From NCBI GenBank assembly GCA_965262725.1, contig OZ253555.1, positions 2,912,001 to 2,976,000 of the forward strand: DNA of 64,000 bases. The letters run 5' to 3'. Of this stretch, positions 1 through 9,765 are shown piece by piece. Below the pieces are notes generated by a model. That model saw only the letters and a list, made by a program, of their open reading frames with translations. It had not been told where the DNA came from and did not search any database. The translations under genes and the position numbers were made by a program. Position 1 is the first letter of the stretch, and every line of letters starts with the position of its first letter. Origin of the DNA: Dehalococcoidia bacterium (lineage in GTDB: Bacteria > Chloroflexota > Dehalococcoidia > UBA2979).

Positions 1-920
1 TCCGCCTCGACCCAGCGCTGCGCGATCTGCTGGCGCACGGAGTCGAGTCGGCCGAGCCGCGCGCGGTCCGCCCCCTCGCCGCCCGCATTCGCGATCAGGC
101 GTGAGAGGAGGCGGCGCGCCTCCACAGCACCGGCGACGTTCGAGCGCTCGAAGTCGAGCACCGTCATCGCCACGTACCACCCGCGGTTCTCGTCACCCAC
201 GCGGTTGGTGACGGGAACGCGCGCACCGTCGAAGAAGGTCTCGTTGAAGGCGTGGCGCCAGTTCAGGTTGATGAGCGGACGGAGCTCGATCCCCGGCTGC
301 CGCATGTCGACGAGCACGAAGGAGACGCCACGATGACGCGGGAGATCGGGATCGGTGCGCGCAAGCACGCAGATCCACTCCGCCTCGTGCCCGTCGGAGG
401 TCCAGATCTTCTGGCCGTTCAGGACGTATTCGTCCCCATCCCGGACGGCGCGTGTGGTGAGGCCGGCGAGATCGGAGCCCGCGCCGGGCTCGGAGAAGCC
501 CTGCGCCCACACCACCGAGCCGTCGAGGATGCGCGGCAGGTGCGTCCGCTTCTGTTCCTCAGTGCCGTGGATGATCAGGGCGGAGCCGAGGAATCCGACT
601 CCCACGCCCTGCACGGAGGGCGCGTCTACACGCGCCATCTCCTCGTTGAAGACGAACTGCTCCGCGGGTCCGAGTCCGGCGCCTCCGTATTCGCGCGGCC
701 AGTGGGGCGCGAACCACCCCCGCCGCGCGAGCGACTCGGCCCAGCGCCGCGCCGTCTCCCGTCGCTCGGACTCTCGGGAGAGGCGATCCTTCTGCCACAC
801 GCGCCTGACGATGCGGTTATGCGTGGCGAGCTCCCGATAGCGCTCCGGGAGCTCATGCTCGAGGAAGTCTCGCACCCGGCGGCGGAAGGCCGCCTCCGCG
901 GCGCTGTCCTGCCACTCCAT
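1..920 (-). CDS. Acyl-CoA dehydrogenase family protein (3' end runs off window)
   Basis: Manual translation from ATG 920: MEWQDSAAEAAFRRRVRDFL...WPREYGG...WAQGFSEPGAGSDLAGLTTRA...LNGQKIWTS...FNETFFD...GDENRGW...LDFER; absent from the ORF track because it has no stop in the window. Confidence 0.93.
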   Translation of the reverse strand, partial: MEWQDSAAEAAFRRRVRDFLEHELPERYRELATHNRIVRRVWQKDRLSRESERRETARRWAESLARRGWFAPHWPREYGGAGLGPAEQFVFNEEMARVDAPSVQGVGVGFLGSALIIHGTEEQKRTHLPRILDGSVVWAQGFSEPGAGSDLAGLTTRAVRDGDEYVLNGQKIWTSDGHEAEWICVLARTDPDLPRHRGVSFVLVDMRQPGIELRPLINLNWRHAFNETFFDGARVPVTNRVGDENRGWYVAMTVLDFERSNVAGAVEARRLLSRLIANAGGEGADRARLGRLDSVRQQIAQRWVEA

Positions 921-1055
921 TGCGTCCCGCCTCCCCGCCGCCTGCGCCAGCGTGTCGCCAATCCGTCGCGGCGCGCCGCGGAACCGCCTGCCGACGGCCG
1001 GGCCGACTCGGCCCTACGCCTCCGCGCCCGGACCGGGCGCGCTCGATGGCGCCCG

Positions 1056-1223
1056 TCAGCAGCCGGGCTCGCCGCCGTGTCCGCAGCAGAGCGACAGGTT
1101 CACGATCTTCCGCCAGTTGTTGCGCGCGACCAGACGCAGCTTGACGTGAAACGGTGCCTCGTAGCTGTGCCAGTTGGACACGACGCTGAAAGACCACCGG
1201 CGGCCGCCGCCCGTGTCGCACAT
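1056..1223 (-). CDS. Small Cys-rich protein (55 aa, ends CCGHGGEPGC); possible Sec read-through to 1014
   Basis: ATG 1223 preceded by TATGGT + 6 nt (leaderless pattern seen elsewhere in window); protein-like composition unlike GC-rich shadow ORFs. Confidence 0.65.
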   Translation of the reverse strand: MCDTGGGRRWSFSVVSNWHSYEAPFHVKLRLVARNNWRKIVNLSLCCGHGGEPGC

Positions 1224-1549
1224 GCCGCCACCATACAGGACGCGCGCAGCCCGGCCGCCACAGAGAAGGCCACCCCGGCTCCCCGGGACCACCGGCTTCG
1301 GCACAGGGTAGTATGGGCGGGGGCGGATGGGGTGCCGCCGAATCCCCTCCGGTGCCTCATCCAAACCCGCCCACACGATATACGACGGACGCGGATGCCG
1401 CGGATTCATGGCCGCCCGCGCGCGGGCCGGCGGCGCCGGCGACCGATGCGTCCAGGCGCCCCGGGGAGCCGGCCCTCGGCCGGCGCCGGCGTTGTGGGCC
1501 CGGCAAGCCGCACAGTACGATGCCCGCTCACTCGGCAGGGGGGACATCG

Positions 1550-3598
1550 ATGCGAGCCTACGCCTCGGGACAGCTTCGGAACGTCGTTCTTCTCGGGCAC
1601 CACGGTGCCGGGAAGACCACCCTCGGCGAGGCAATGCTCCTCCAGTCGGGTGCAATCGACCGGGCGGGATCGATCGACGCCGGCAACACCGTCGGCGACT
1701 TCGACCCGCTCGAGCGCCGGCACCATTACTCGATCTCCCTCGCCATGCTCCCCGTCGAGTGGGGGGAGACGCGGGTCAACCTGATCGACACCCCCGGCTC
1801 GCCGGACTTCGAGGGCGGCGTGGCCTGCGGGGTGCATGCGGCCGACGCCGCGCTCCTCGCGGTGGACGCCGTGTCAGGGATCGAGGGCGGGACGGAGGTC
1901 GCCTGGGAGCACGCCGCGCGCTCCGGACTGCCGCGTCTCGTCGTCGTGAACCGGATGGATCGCGAGAACGCCAACTTCCAGCGCGTGCTGGACTCGCTAC
2001 GTGGGCGCTTCGGGCAGCGGCTGGTGCCGCTCGCTTTGCCGGTGGGCCAGGCGTCGGCGTTCTCCGGGATCGTCGATCTCGTGAGCGGTCGGGCTCGCAC
2101 CGGAACCACGGGCGACGCTGCCGACGCACCGGTCGAGCTCGCCGACGAGATCGAGGCCGCGCGCGAGCAGCTGCTCGAGGCCGTCGCCGAGACCGACGAC
2201 GATCTCCTGACCAGCTACCTGGAGGGGGAGGAGGTGACCCCGGAGGCGCTCGCTGCCGCGCTCGCCGCGGCGGTCGCTGCCGGAGAAGTGATCCCGGTCG
2301 TCCCGGCCTCCGCCAAGGAGGGGGTGGGGATCGCCGCGCTACTCGATGCCCTGGCACAGTACGCCCCCTCACCTCTGGGGCGGGCGCACGCCACCGAGAG
2401 CGATGGAATCGTGACGAGCGAGGACGGCCCGGTCGTCGCGCAGGTTTTCAAGACGACGGCCGATGCCTTCGTCGGGCGCCTCACCTTTCTGCACGTCCTC
2501 TCCGGCACGCTGAGGGCCGATGCGCACCCCTTCAACGTGCAGCGCGGCCAGACGGAGCGCCTCGGCCACCTCTACATCCAGCGGGGGAAGGAGCAGATCG
2601 AGGTGCCCGAGCTCGTTGCCGGCGATATCGGCGTCGCCGCCAAACTCCAGCACACCCTCACCGGTGACTCGCTCGTCGGCACGGAGGGGGAGGCGGTGCG
2701 CGCCGCCGCGATCCCGCTCCCCGTTCCCACCTACCGCACCGCGATCCAGCCGCGCACCAAGTCGGACGTCGACAAGCTCTCGACTGCCCTCGCGCGCATC
2801 CGCGAGCAGGATCCCACCATTCGCGTCGAGCGCGATCCCGACACCGCGGAGCTCGTGATGCTCACGGTCGGCGACGCACAGGTGGCCGACGTGGCGGATC
2901 GGCTCGCCCAGAACTTCGGCGTCGACGTCGACATGGCAGTGCCGCGCGTCCCCTACCGGGAGACGATCAGCGCGCCGGCGCGGGCCGAGTACAAGCACAG
3001 GAAGCAGACCGGCGGTCACGGCCAGTACGGGCACGTCGTCATCCAGCTCGAACCGCTGACGCGGGGCGACGGCTTCGAGTTCGCCCACAAGGTCGTCGGT
3101 GGCAACGTGCCGCGCCAGTTCATCCCCGCGGTCCAGAAGGGGATCGCTGAGACACTCCCCGACGGCCCTGTCGCCCACTCGCCGGTGGTCGACCTGCGGG
3201 TGACGCTGCTCGACGGCTCGTCCCACTCCGTCGACTCCTCGGAGATGGCCTTCAAGATTGCCGCGTCTCAGGCTCTCAGGCAGGGGATCCTGGACGCACG
3301 GCCCCAGCTGCTCGAGCCGATCGTCCGGCTTGTGATCCGCACGCCGAGCGACAACCTCGGAGACGTGATGAGCGACCTCAACGGACGGCGCGCACAGGTC
3401 CACGGCGTGGAGCCCGACGGCGTCTTCTCCACCGTCACCGCCGAGGCGCCGCTCGCCGAGGTGCAGCGATTCTCAGCGGATGTGCGCGCGCTCACCGGCG
3501 CGCGCGGCCGCTTCTCGCTGGAGTTCGCGCACTACGCCGACGTCCCCGCTCACGTTCAGGAGCAGGTGCTGAAGGGGCTCGCCGCGGCGGCGACGTAG
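1550..3598 (+). CDS. fusA: Elongation factor G paralogue (EF-G2/FusA2-like)
   Basis: GHHGAGKT, DTPG, NRMD GTPase motifs; PYRETI, KQTGGHGQYG, HSVDSSEMAF; switch I diverged (ERRHHYSI instead of ERGITI). Confidence 0.92.
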   Translation: MRAYASGQLRNVVLLGHHGAGKTTLGEAMLLQSGAIDRAGSIDAGNTVGDFDPLERRHHYSISLAMLPVEWGETRVNLIDTPGSPDFEGGVACGVHAADAALLAVDAVSGIEGGTEVAWEHAARSGLPRLVVVNRMDRENANFQRVLDSLRGRFGQRLVPLALPVGQASAFSGIVDLVSGRARTGTTGDAADAPVELADEIEAAREQLLEAVAETDDDLLTSYLEGEEVTPEALAAALAAAVAAGEVIPVVPASAKEGVGIAALLDALAQYAPSPLGRAHATESDGIVTSEDGPVVAQVFKTTADAFVGRLTFLHVLSGTLRADAHPFNVQRGQTERLGHLYIQRGKEQIEVPELVAGDIGVAAKLQHTLTGDSLVGTEGEAVRAAAIPLPVPTYRTAIQPRTKSDVDKLSTALARIREQDPTIRVERDPDTAELVMLTVGDAQVADVADRLAQNFGVDVDMAVPRVPYRETISAPARAEYKHRKQTGGHGQYGHVVIQLEPLTRGDGFEFAHKVVGGNVPRQFIPAVQKGIAETLPDGPVAHSPVVDLRVTLLDGSSHSVDSSEMAFKIAASQALRQGILDARPQLLEPIVRLVIRTPSDNLGDVMSDLNGRRAQVHGVEPDGVFSTVTAEAPLAEVQRFSADVRALTGARGRFSLEFAHYADVPAHVQEQVLKGLAAAAT

Positions 3599-3637
3599 GG
3601 ACCGCGGCCGGCGCTCGGGCCGCGCCTCGCTCGGTCG

Positions 3638-4129
3638 CTACGGGATCACGTTGTCGGAGGTCCCGGCCCCGTCGGCGTCGCCGATCCCGGGGCGCCCCCA
3701 AAGCGTCCGATGCTGCTCGCCCGTGAGCGCCCGGCGCAACTCGCGCTTCTCGAGCACGCCGAGCTCGCCCAGGCACGCTTCCGCCCGCTCCAGGGCGGAG
3801 CCGTCGCCGGTCGCGACGAGGCGATCGAGCAGACACTCCCAGACGCCGAGGCGGCGGACGGCGTCCACGCGCCGCGTCCAGAGGATTGTGGTGATCGAAT
3901 CGGGGCGCGGGAGCCCGGAGCGCAGGCGCCTCAGCGAGCTCAGGCGTTCGCCGGTGCTCGCGGCGATCGGCACCAGCCGAACCAGGGGCACGACGCTCTC
4001 AGCGGTGCGCGTGTCGACGACAAGTGTCGTGCGGAGCAGCGGGAAACAGAGGCAGACGACCTCCGCCTCGGCGATCGTGCGAACGATGTGTTCGACGTCG
4101 ACGTCGACATCGAACCCGCCGTCGAGCAT
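3638..4129 (-). CDS. Hypothetical protein
   Basis: 163-aa ORF with globular composition, co-directional downstream of tyrS. Confidence 0.7.
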   Translation of the reverse strand: MLDGGFDVDVDVEHIVRTIAEAEVVCLCFPLLRTTLVVDTRTAESVVPLVRLVPIAASTGERLSSLRRLRSGLPRPDSITTILWTRRVDAVRRLGVWECLLDRLVATGDGSALERAEACLGELGVLEKRELRRALTGEQHRTLWGRPGIGDADGAGTSDNVIP

Positions 4130-4176
4130 CTGCGGCCCCCGCCGGCACCAGCCGGATGCCCGCGCACCTTACCACC

Positions 4177-5427
4177 TCAGGCGCCGCGCTCCGTTCCCAA
4201 GACGATCCGCAGGAAGCGATGCCGGCCGACGCGCAACTCGTCCCCGGGCGCCAGCGGACGCGTCGCCTCGGCGACGCGCTCCCCGTTCACCGCGACCGCG
4301 CCCTGCATCACGAGCCGCTTCGCCTCGGCGCTGCTCGCGGCGAGCCCGGAGGCGACGAGCACGCGGTGGAGCGAGCCGGCCCCCTCCGGCGACCCGCTCT
4401 CAAGCGCGTACTCGAGCATCTCGGCGGGGCTCTCGCCACGCTGGATCGTCGACTCGAAGTGGCGCTGCGCCTCATCGGCGGCCTCGGCCGGGTGAAGCGA
4501 GCCGACGATCGCATGAGCGAGCCGCTTCTTCGCCTCCATCGCGGGAAGCTCGCCTGCCTCCACCCGACCGAGGATCTCGAAGACCTGCTGCGCGGTGAGA
4601 GGCGTGAGGAGCGTGAAGTAGTCGGCGATCGCCGAGTCCGGGATCGACATCACCTTCCCGTAGATGTTGGACGGAGACTCGTCGACGCCGATGTAGTTGC
4701 CAGTCGTCTTCGACATCTTCAGGCGGCCGTCGGTCCCCACGAGGATCGGGACCGTGAGCACGACCTGCGGTCGCTGCTCGAACTCCCGCTGCAGCGTCCG
4801 GCCCGCCATCAGGTTGAAGAGCTGCTCCGAGCCGCCCACCTGGACGTCGGTCTCGAGCGAGACGGCGTCATAGGCCTGCAGGATCGCGTAGAGAAACTCC
4901 GAGAGGTGGATCGGATCGTGGCGTTCCCACCGGCGCGCGAAGTTCTCGCGCTCGAGAAACTGCGCGACCGTGAAGTGCGAGCAGAGCCTGAGAACGTCCT
5001 CGAAGCGCAGCCCCGCGAGCCACTCCACGTTCTCGCGCACCGTCGTGCGCTCGCGGTCGAGGATGCGGAAGGCCTGATCCAGGTAGGTCTCGGCGTTGGC
5101 GCGCACCTGCTCTGCGCTCAGCATCGGGCGGTGCCTGTCCTTGTCCGAGGGGTCGCCTCCGAGCAGAGCGGTGAAGGTCCCGACGAGGAAGGTGACGTCG
5201 TGTCCCAGGTCCTGAAACTGCCGAAGCTTGCGCATGGACAGAGTGTGACCGAGCGTCAGGTCGACCGCGGTCGGGTCGTAACCACAGTAGACGCGAAGCG
5301 GTCGATCCTCCTCGAGCCGCGCACGAAGCTCAGCCTCCATCACCTGCCGCATCTGCGCGTCGCCGAACTCGGTCCCGCGCAGCAGCACGGCGAGCTGCTC
5401 TTCGACCGGCGCCATGCGCCGGCTCAC
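4177..5427 (-). CDS. tyrS: Tyrosine--tRNA ligase
   Basis: YCGYDPT..DLTLGH (HIGH variant), LQAYD, GGSEQLFN, KMSKT, C-terminal S4 domain. Confidence 0.96.
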   Translation of the reverse strand: MSRRMAPVEEQLAVLLRGTEFGDAQMRQVMEAELRARLEEDRPLRVYCGYDPTAVDLTLGHTLSMRKLRQFQDLGHDVTFLVGTFTALLGGDPSDKDRHRPMLSAEQVRANAETYLDQAFRILDRERTTVRENVEWLAGLRFEDVLRLCSHFTVAQFLERENFARRWERHDPIHLSEFLYAILQAYDAVSLETDVQVGGSEQLFNLMAGRTLQREFEQRPQVVLTVPILVGTDGRLKMSKTTGNYIGVDESPSNIYGKVMSIPDSAIADYFTLLTPLTAQQVFEILGRVEAGELPAMEAKKRLAHAIVGSLHPAEAADEAQRHFESTIQRGESPAEMLEYALESGSPEGAGSLHRVLVASGLAASSAEAKRLVMQGAVAVNGERVAEATRPLAPGDELRVGRHRFLRIVLGTERGA

Positions 5428-6359
5428 GCCGGCACCCGCGAGGAGAGGTAGCGGCGGCCCTCGGCGATGTCCCGTCCGATCTGCTCGATCAGGCCGTCGG
5501 GATCGGCGAAGCGCCGCTCCGGTCGCAACCGGTGGAGGAGATCTATGGAGACGTGGTGTCCGTAGAGGTCCCCCGAGAAGTCGAGCAGGTGCGTCTCCAC
5601 CTGCCGGCTGCTCCCGTCGAAGGTGGGGCGGACGCCAATATTCGTGACCGCGCCGAGGCGCTCGCCGCCGACGCCCGCGCGGCAGACGTAGACCCCGTTC
5701 GGAGGCAGCGCGCGGTCGGGGCTGACACCGATGTTCAGGGTCGGGAACCCGATGCGGCGGCCGCGCTCGTCGCCCCGCAGGACGGGGCCGCGCAGCGAAT
5801 AGGGGCGTCCGAGGAGCCGCGCGACCTGCTCCAGATCCCCCGCCGCGAGAGACTGCCGGATGCGCGTGGAGGAGACCTTGCTCTCATCCTCGGCCAGGAG
5901 GTCGACCGTCACCACCTCGATGCCGAGCGGCGCGGCGAGCTCCCCGAGGCGCTCCGCCGTCCCCTCGCGCCCGCGACCGAGGGCGAAGTCGCCGCCGACT
6001 ACGAGCAGGCGGGCCAGCGCCTCCTCCGCGAGGAGCCGCATGAACTCCCCGGCGCTCACCTGCGCGAGCTCCGAGGTGAAGCTCACCACGGTGACGAACT
6101 CGGCGCCCAGCCCCCCGAGCAGCTCCACGCGGCGCTCGAGCGACTCGAGGTAGGCGAGGGGAACGTCGGGGCGCAGCACGGCGATCGGGCTCGGGTGGAA
6201 CGTGACAACGCCCGGCTTCAGATGCCGGGCCTCTGCCTCTCGGCGCAGCCGCTCGACGAGCGCGCCGTGCCCGCGGTGGACGCCGTCGAAGACGCCCAGC
6301 GTGATCGCGCTCTCGACGGGACGGACCCCGCGGCGCAGCTCCTCGCGGACCAGCAGCAC
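5424..6359 (-). CDS. ribF: Bifunctional riboflavin kinase/FAD synthetase
   Basis: GVFDGVHRGH, VSSTRIR, GRRIGFPTLN, NIGVRPTF, VETHLLDF. Confidence 0.96.
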   Translation of the reverse strand: MLLVREELRRGVRPVESAITLGVFDGVHRGHGALVERLRREAEARHLKPGVVTFHPSPIAVLRPDVPLAYLESLERRVELLGGLGAEFVTVVSFTSELAQVSAGEFMRLLAEEALARLLVVGGDFALGRGREGTAERLGELAAPLGIEVVTVDLLAEDESKVSSTRIRQSLAAGDLEQVARLLGRPYSLRGPVLRGDERGRRIGFPTLNIGVSPDRALPPNGVYVCRAGVGGERLGAVTNIGVRPTFDGSSRQVETHLLDFSGDLYGHHVSIDLLHRLRPERRFADPDGLIEQIGRDIAEGRRYLSSRVPA

Positions 6360-6443
6360 GGGCGGTGGGTGTCCCTTCGCTGGCGGCCGCGGCCGGGTGG
6401 ACGGGGCGATCGTAGCACCCGCCCACGCGAGGCGGCACGGAGG

Positions 6444-7277
6444 CTACTGGTCCGGGAGATCGAGGCCGAGCTGCGCGGGCACGGGCGGCAGGGCACCGGG
6501 CCGGCGCTCGAGCTCGATGTCGCCGAAGGGGGTGACCTGCGTAGCCTCGACGAATCCGGCCTTGATCAGCTCGAGCACGGCGAGGAAGTCAACGACGACC
6601 TGAAGGCGCGAGCGCGCGCCCTCCAGCAGGCTGCGGAAGGAGAGCCGGCGCTCCTCCTCCAGCCGCGCAACGAGGACCTCGATCCGGTCGCGGAGCCGGA
6701 CGCGCTCCCGCGTCACGGGAGGGGTTGCGAAGGCCTGCCCCGCAGCGACGCGATCGAGCACGCCGCGGAAGATCGCCGCCAGCGCCTCCATCTCCACGCC
6801 GTCGAGGCCGCTTCCAAGCGGCCGCTCGGGGACCGCCGCCTCGCGACGGTAGGAGCGCCCGGCGTCGCCGAGCGCGCGCAACTCGGCTGCGAGGTCACGG
6901 TAGCGCCTGTACTCACGGAGCGCGGCCACGAGCGCCTCCGCGTCGTCCTCCTCCTCCTCCGCCTCCGCCTCCTCGGCGTCGCGCGGGAGCAGGGCGCGCG
7001 ACTTCAGGAGCAGCAGCCGTGCACCGATCGCGATGAACTCGGCGAGGCGGGCGACGTCGATGCGATCCGCCGCGCGCAGGTGGGCGAGGTACTGCTCGGT
7101 GACCTGGAGCAGGGAGACCGCCGTGATATCGAGTTCGCGGCGCTCGATCAGGTGCAACAGCAGGTCCAGCGGCCCCTCGAAGGCGGGAAGCCTCAGGGCG
7201 AAGCCGGGCGCGTCGGGGCTGGCGGGGGCCTCCGGAGCGCCCGCGCGACCCGCTTCCTGCTCCCCGCCTGCCCTCAC
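6444..7277 (-). CDS. scpA: Segregation and condensation protein A (kleisin)
   Basis: FEGPLDLLLHLI, LLLKSRALLP, FLAVLELIK...Q..FGDI. Confidence 0.93.
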   Translation of the reverse strand: MRAGGEQEAGRAGAPEAPASPDAPGFALRLPAFEGPLDLLLHLIERRELDITAVSLLQVTEQYLAHLRAADRIDVARLAEFIAIGARLLLLKSRALLPRDAEEAEAEEEEDDAEALVAALREYRRYRDLAAELRALGDAGRSYRREAAVPERPLGSGLDGVEMEALAAIFRGVLDRVAAGQAFATPPVTRERVRLRDRIEVLVARLEEERRLSFRSLLEGARSRLQVVVDFLAVLELIKAGFVEATQVTPFGDIELERRPGALPPVPAQLGLDLPDQ

Positions 7278-7290
7278 ACGGGATCCCCGC

Positions 7291-8334
7291 TCACCGGGTG
7301 ACCGCCACCGGGAGGGGATGCAGCGGCCGCCCGACCGCGTCCGCGACGCCGCGCGCGCGCTGCATCAGCGCGTCGAAGTTCTCGGGCGTGAGCGACTGGG
7401 CGCCGTCGGAGAGCGCGTGATCGGGGCTCGAGTGCACCTCGACCATCACGCCGTCCGCTCCCGAGGCGATGGCCGCGAGCGCCATCGGCTGCACGAGGTA
7501 CCACTTCCCCGTCCCGTGCGAGGGGTCGGCGAGCACGGGGAGGTGGGAGAGCCGCTTCACCAGAGCGACGGCGTTGAGGTCAAGCGTGTTGCGCGTCGCG
7601 ACCTCGAAAGTCCGTATGCCCCTCTCGCAGAGGATCACCTGCGTGTTCCCCTGGGCGAGGATGTACTCGGCGCCGAGCAGCCACTCCTCGATGGTGCCGG
7701 AGATGCCGCGCTTGAGCATCACCGGCTTCCCGGCGCGGCCCACCTCGTCCAGGAGCGAGAAGTTCTGCGCGTTGCGGGCGCCTATCTGCAGCACGTCCGA
7801 GTGCTCGGCGACCGACTCCACGTCGCGCTCCGAGAGAAGTTCGGTGATGACCGGCATCGATAGCTCGGCGCCGGCCGCCGCGAGCAGCCGCAATCCCTCC
7901 AGCCCCAGCCCGCGGAAGGAGTAGGGCGAGCTGCGCGGCTTGAACGCGCCGCCGCGCAGGACATGCGCGCCCGCGCTGCGGACGGCGCGCGCCGACTCGA
8001 AGAGCTGCTCCTCGTTCTCGATGGAGCAGGGGCCGGCTATCACGACGGTCTCCCCGCCTCCGACGCGGAGCCCGTATGGGAGGTCCACGACCGTGTCCTC
8101 CGGATGCGTCTCCCGCGAGGCGAGCTTGTACGGCTTCGAGATGCGGACCACCTCGTCGACACCCTCCATCGTCGCGAGCTCGTCGCGGAGCTCCGGGAAG
8201 ACCTGCCCCAGCACGGCGATCACAGTGCGCTCGACACCTACGATTTGGCGCTCGCGAAGCCCGAGCTCGCGGATCCGGTTCACGACGGCCTCGCGCCGCT
8301 CGGGCTCGTGCCCAATCTTCATGACAACGATCAC
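7291..8334 (-). CDS. aroF: DAHP synthase type I-beta with N-terminal regulatory domain
   Basis: IAGPCSIE, GGAFKPRSSPYSF, QIGARN, LKRG, CERGIRTF, DPSH; GTG start overlaps aroH stop. Confidence 0.95.
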   Translation of the reverse strand: MIVVMKIGHEPERREAVVNRIRELGLRERQIVGVERTVIAVLGQVFPELRDELATMEGVDEVVRISKPYKLASRETHPEDTVVDLPYGLRVGGGETVVIAGPCSIENEEQLFESARAVRSAGAHVLRGGAFKPRSSPYSFRGLGLEGLRLLAAAGAELSMPVITELLSERDVESVAEHSDVLQIGARNAQNFSLLDEVGRAGKPVMLKRGISGTIEEWLLGAEYILAQGNTQVILCERGIRTFEVATRNTLDLNAVALVKRLSHLPVLADPSHGTGKWYLVQPMALAAIASGADGVMVEVHSSPDHALSDGAQSLTPENFDALMQRARGVADAVGRPLHPLPVAVTR

Positions 8335-8732
8335 GATGACTCCTCCACAGGTCGGGGCCGGGACTCCGCCTCGACCGCCAGATCGGGACGCAGCACCTGC
8401 GCCCCCCTTAGATAGATGTGCTCCAGCTCGCCCGCAGCCCGCTCGGTGTTGACGTGGATGAGGATGCGCACGCACTGCGGCAGGCTGCCCGGGACGCTCA
8501 TCTCGTGCGTGCAGAGCAGTGCGACATCCGTCCAGCCCGCCGTCCGCGCGGCGACGGCGGGGAACTCTGCGTTGAGATCCGGCGTCGTGCTGAAGAGGAT
8601 CGAGGCGACGTCCTCGCGCCGGACGCCGTTGGCGCGCACGAGGCACTCGAGCAGCTCCGACGTCGCCTCGAGTATCGCCTCGCGCGAGTTCATCGCCGCC
8701 GTTGTGGCGCCCCGGATACCACGGACCGGCAT
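8331..8732 (-). CDS. aroH: Chorismate mutase, AroH class
   Basis: VRGIRGATT, DLNAEFPAVAAR, HIYLRGAQVLRPDL. Confidence 0.95.
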   Translation of the reverse strand: MPVRGIRGATTAAMNSREAILEATSELLECLVRANGVRREDVASILFSTTPDLNAEFPAVAARTAGWTDVALLCTHEMSVPGSLPQCVRILIHVNTERAAGELEHIYLRGAQVLRPDLAVEAESRPRPVEESS

Positions 8733-8940
8733 GGCGCGTGCGCTCCCGTCCCCACCTGCACCAGAGACTTCGCGTTCGACGGCGACCGCCGCCGGCGGGC
8801 CGCCCTACCGGATCCCCGCGCCACGCGGGACGCGGGTCGGCGCCCGGCCCCTAAACGCGCCGGCCAACGGCCAGCCGCCGGGAGGCGCGGCGGGCTCGGG
8901 GCGCGGGGCGTGTGCCACCCCCCGTACGACCCGTTCACCG

Positions 8941-9765
8941 CTAACCCGATGCGGCTGGCTCACGGCCGGCAATTCCCCTCACGAACTCCCGGACCCGCTC
9001 GGCCCGGCGCTCCCGCGGCGCCTCCCGGACGGCCTCGACGAACGCGCTTCCCACGATCGCCCCGTCCGCGATGCGACCCACCTCCCGCACGTGCCGCGCC
9101 GCCGAGATTCCGAAGCCGACGGCGAGCGGAAGGTCGCTCCGCGCCCGCACCCGCCCGATCAGATCGGGAAGCGACGGGGGAAGCTCCGCTCGCGGGCCGG
9201 TCACGCCGGCGACGCTCACGCAGTAGATGAACCCGCTCGCCACCTCCGCCACCCGGGCGATCCGCTCGTCGGTGGAGGTCGGCGCCAGCAGGTACACCAG
9301 GTGCAGATGTGCCGCCCGGGCCAGGACCTGAAACTCCGTGGCCTCCTCCGGAGGGAGGTCGATCACGATCAGTCCATCGATGCCCGCCTCGGCGGCGTCC
9401 CGCACGAACCTGCCCGCCCCGTAGGCGAGCAGCGGATTGAAGTATCCCATGATCAGGAACGGCACGCTAACGCCCTCCGCGCGCAGACCGCTCGTGATCG
9501 CGAAGAGCCGCTCGAGCGTCGCCCCGTTCGCGATCGCCTCCTCGTAGGCGCGCTGGTTCGTGACGCCGTCGGCGAGCGGGTCGCTGAAGGGGAAGCCCAA
9601 CTCCATCGCGTCCGCGCCGCCCTCCACCGCTGCGCGCACGATCGACGCCGTGGCGTCTGGCTCCGGCCAGCACACCGGAAGGAACGGCATGAGCGCGGGA
9701 CGCCCCTCGGCGCGCGCGCGGGCGAACGCCCGTGCGATCCGGTCCTCGCCGGAGCCGGTGCTCAC
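8941..9765 (-). CDS. trpA: Tryptophan synthase alpha
   Basis: ELGFPFSDPLADG, MGYFNP, DLPPEE, GVTG, VGFGIS, DGAIVGSA. Confidence 0.96.
   Translation of the reverse strand: MSTGSGEDRIARAFARARAEGRPALMPFLPVCWPEPDATASIVRAAVEGGADAMELGFPFSDPLADGVTNQRAYEEAIANGATLERLFAITSGLRAEGVSVPFLIMGYFNPLLAYGAGRFVRDAAEAGIDGLIVIDLPPEEATEFQVLARAAHLHLVYLLAPTSTDERIARVAEVASGFIYCVSVAGVTGPRAELPPSLPDLIGRVRARSDLPLAVGFGISAARHVREVGRIADGAIVGSAFVEAVREAPRERRAERVREFVRGIAGREPAASG

Noticed and set aside
1260-1300. TPP riboswitch (GGGGAGCC...GGCTG on minus strand)
   Set aside because: Lacks CTGAGA and the downstream GAACCTGA and AGGGA elements.
252-1784. Long ORFs antisense or out of frame to real genes (e.g. 252-1784, 5532-7301, 16037-17677, the 5' part of 30130-32904, 50023-51969)
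   Set aside because: Shadow ORFs caused by high GC; Arg/Pro/Ala-rich, with no motifs, and overlapping well-supported genes.
5240-5290. TyrS HIGH motif changed to TLGH as a sign of inactivity
   Set aside because: All other motifs are intact and first-position variants occur in class I synthetases.
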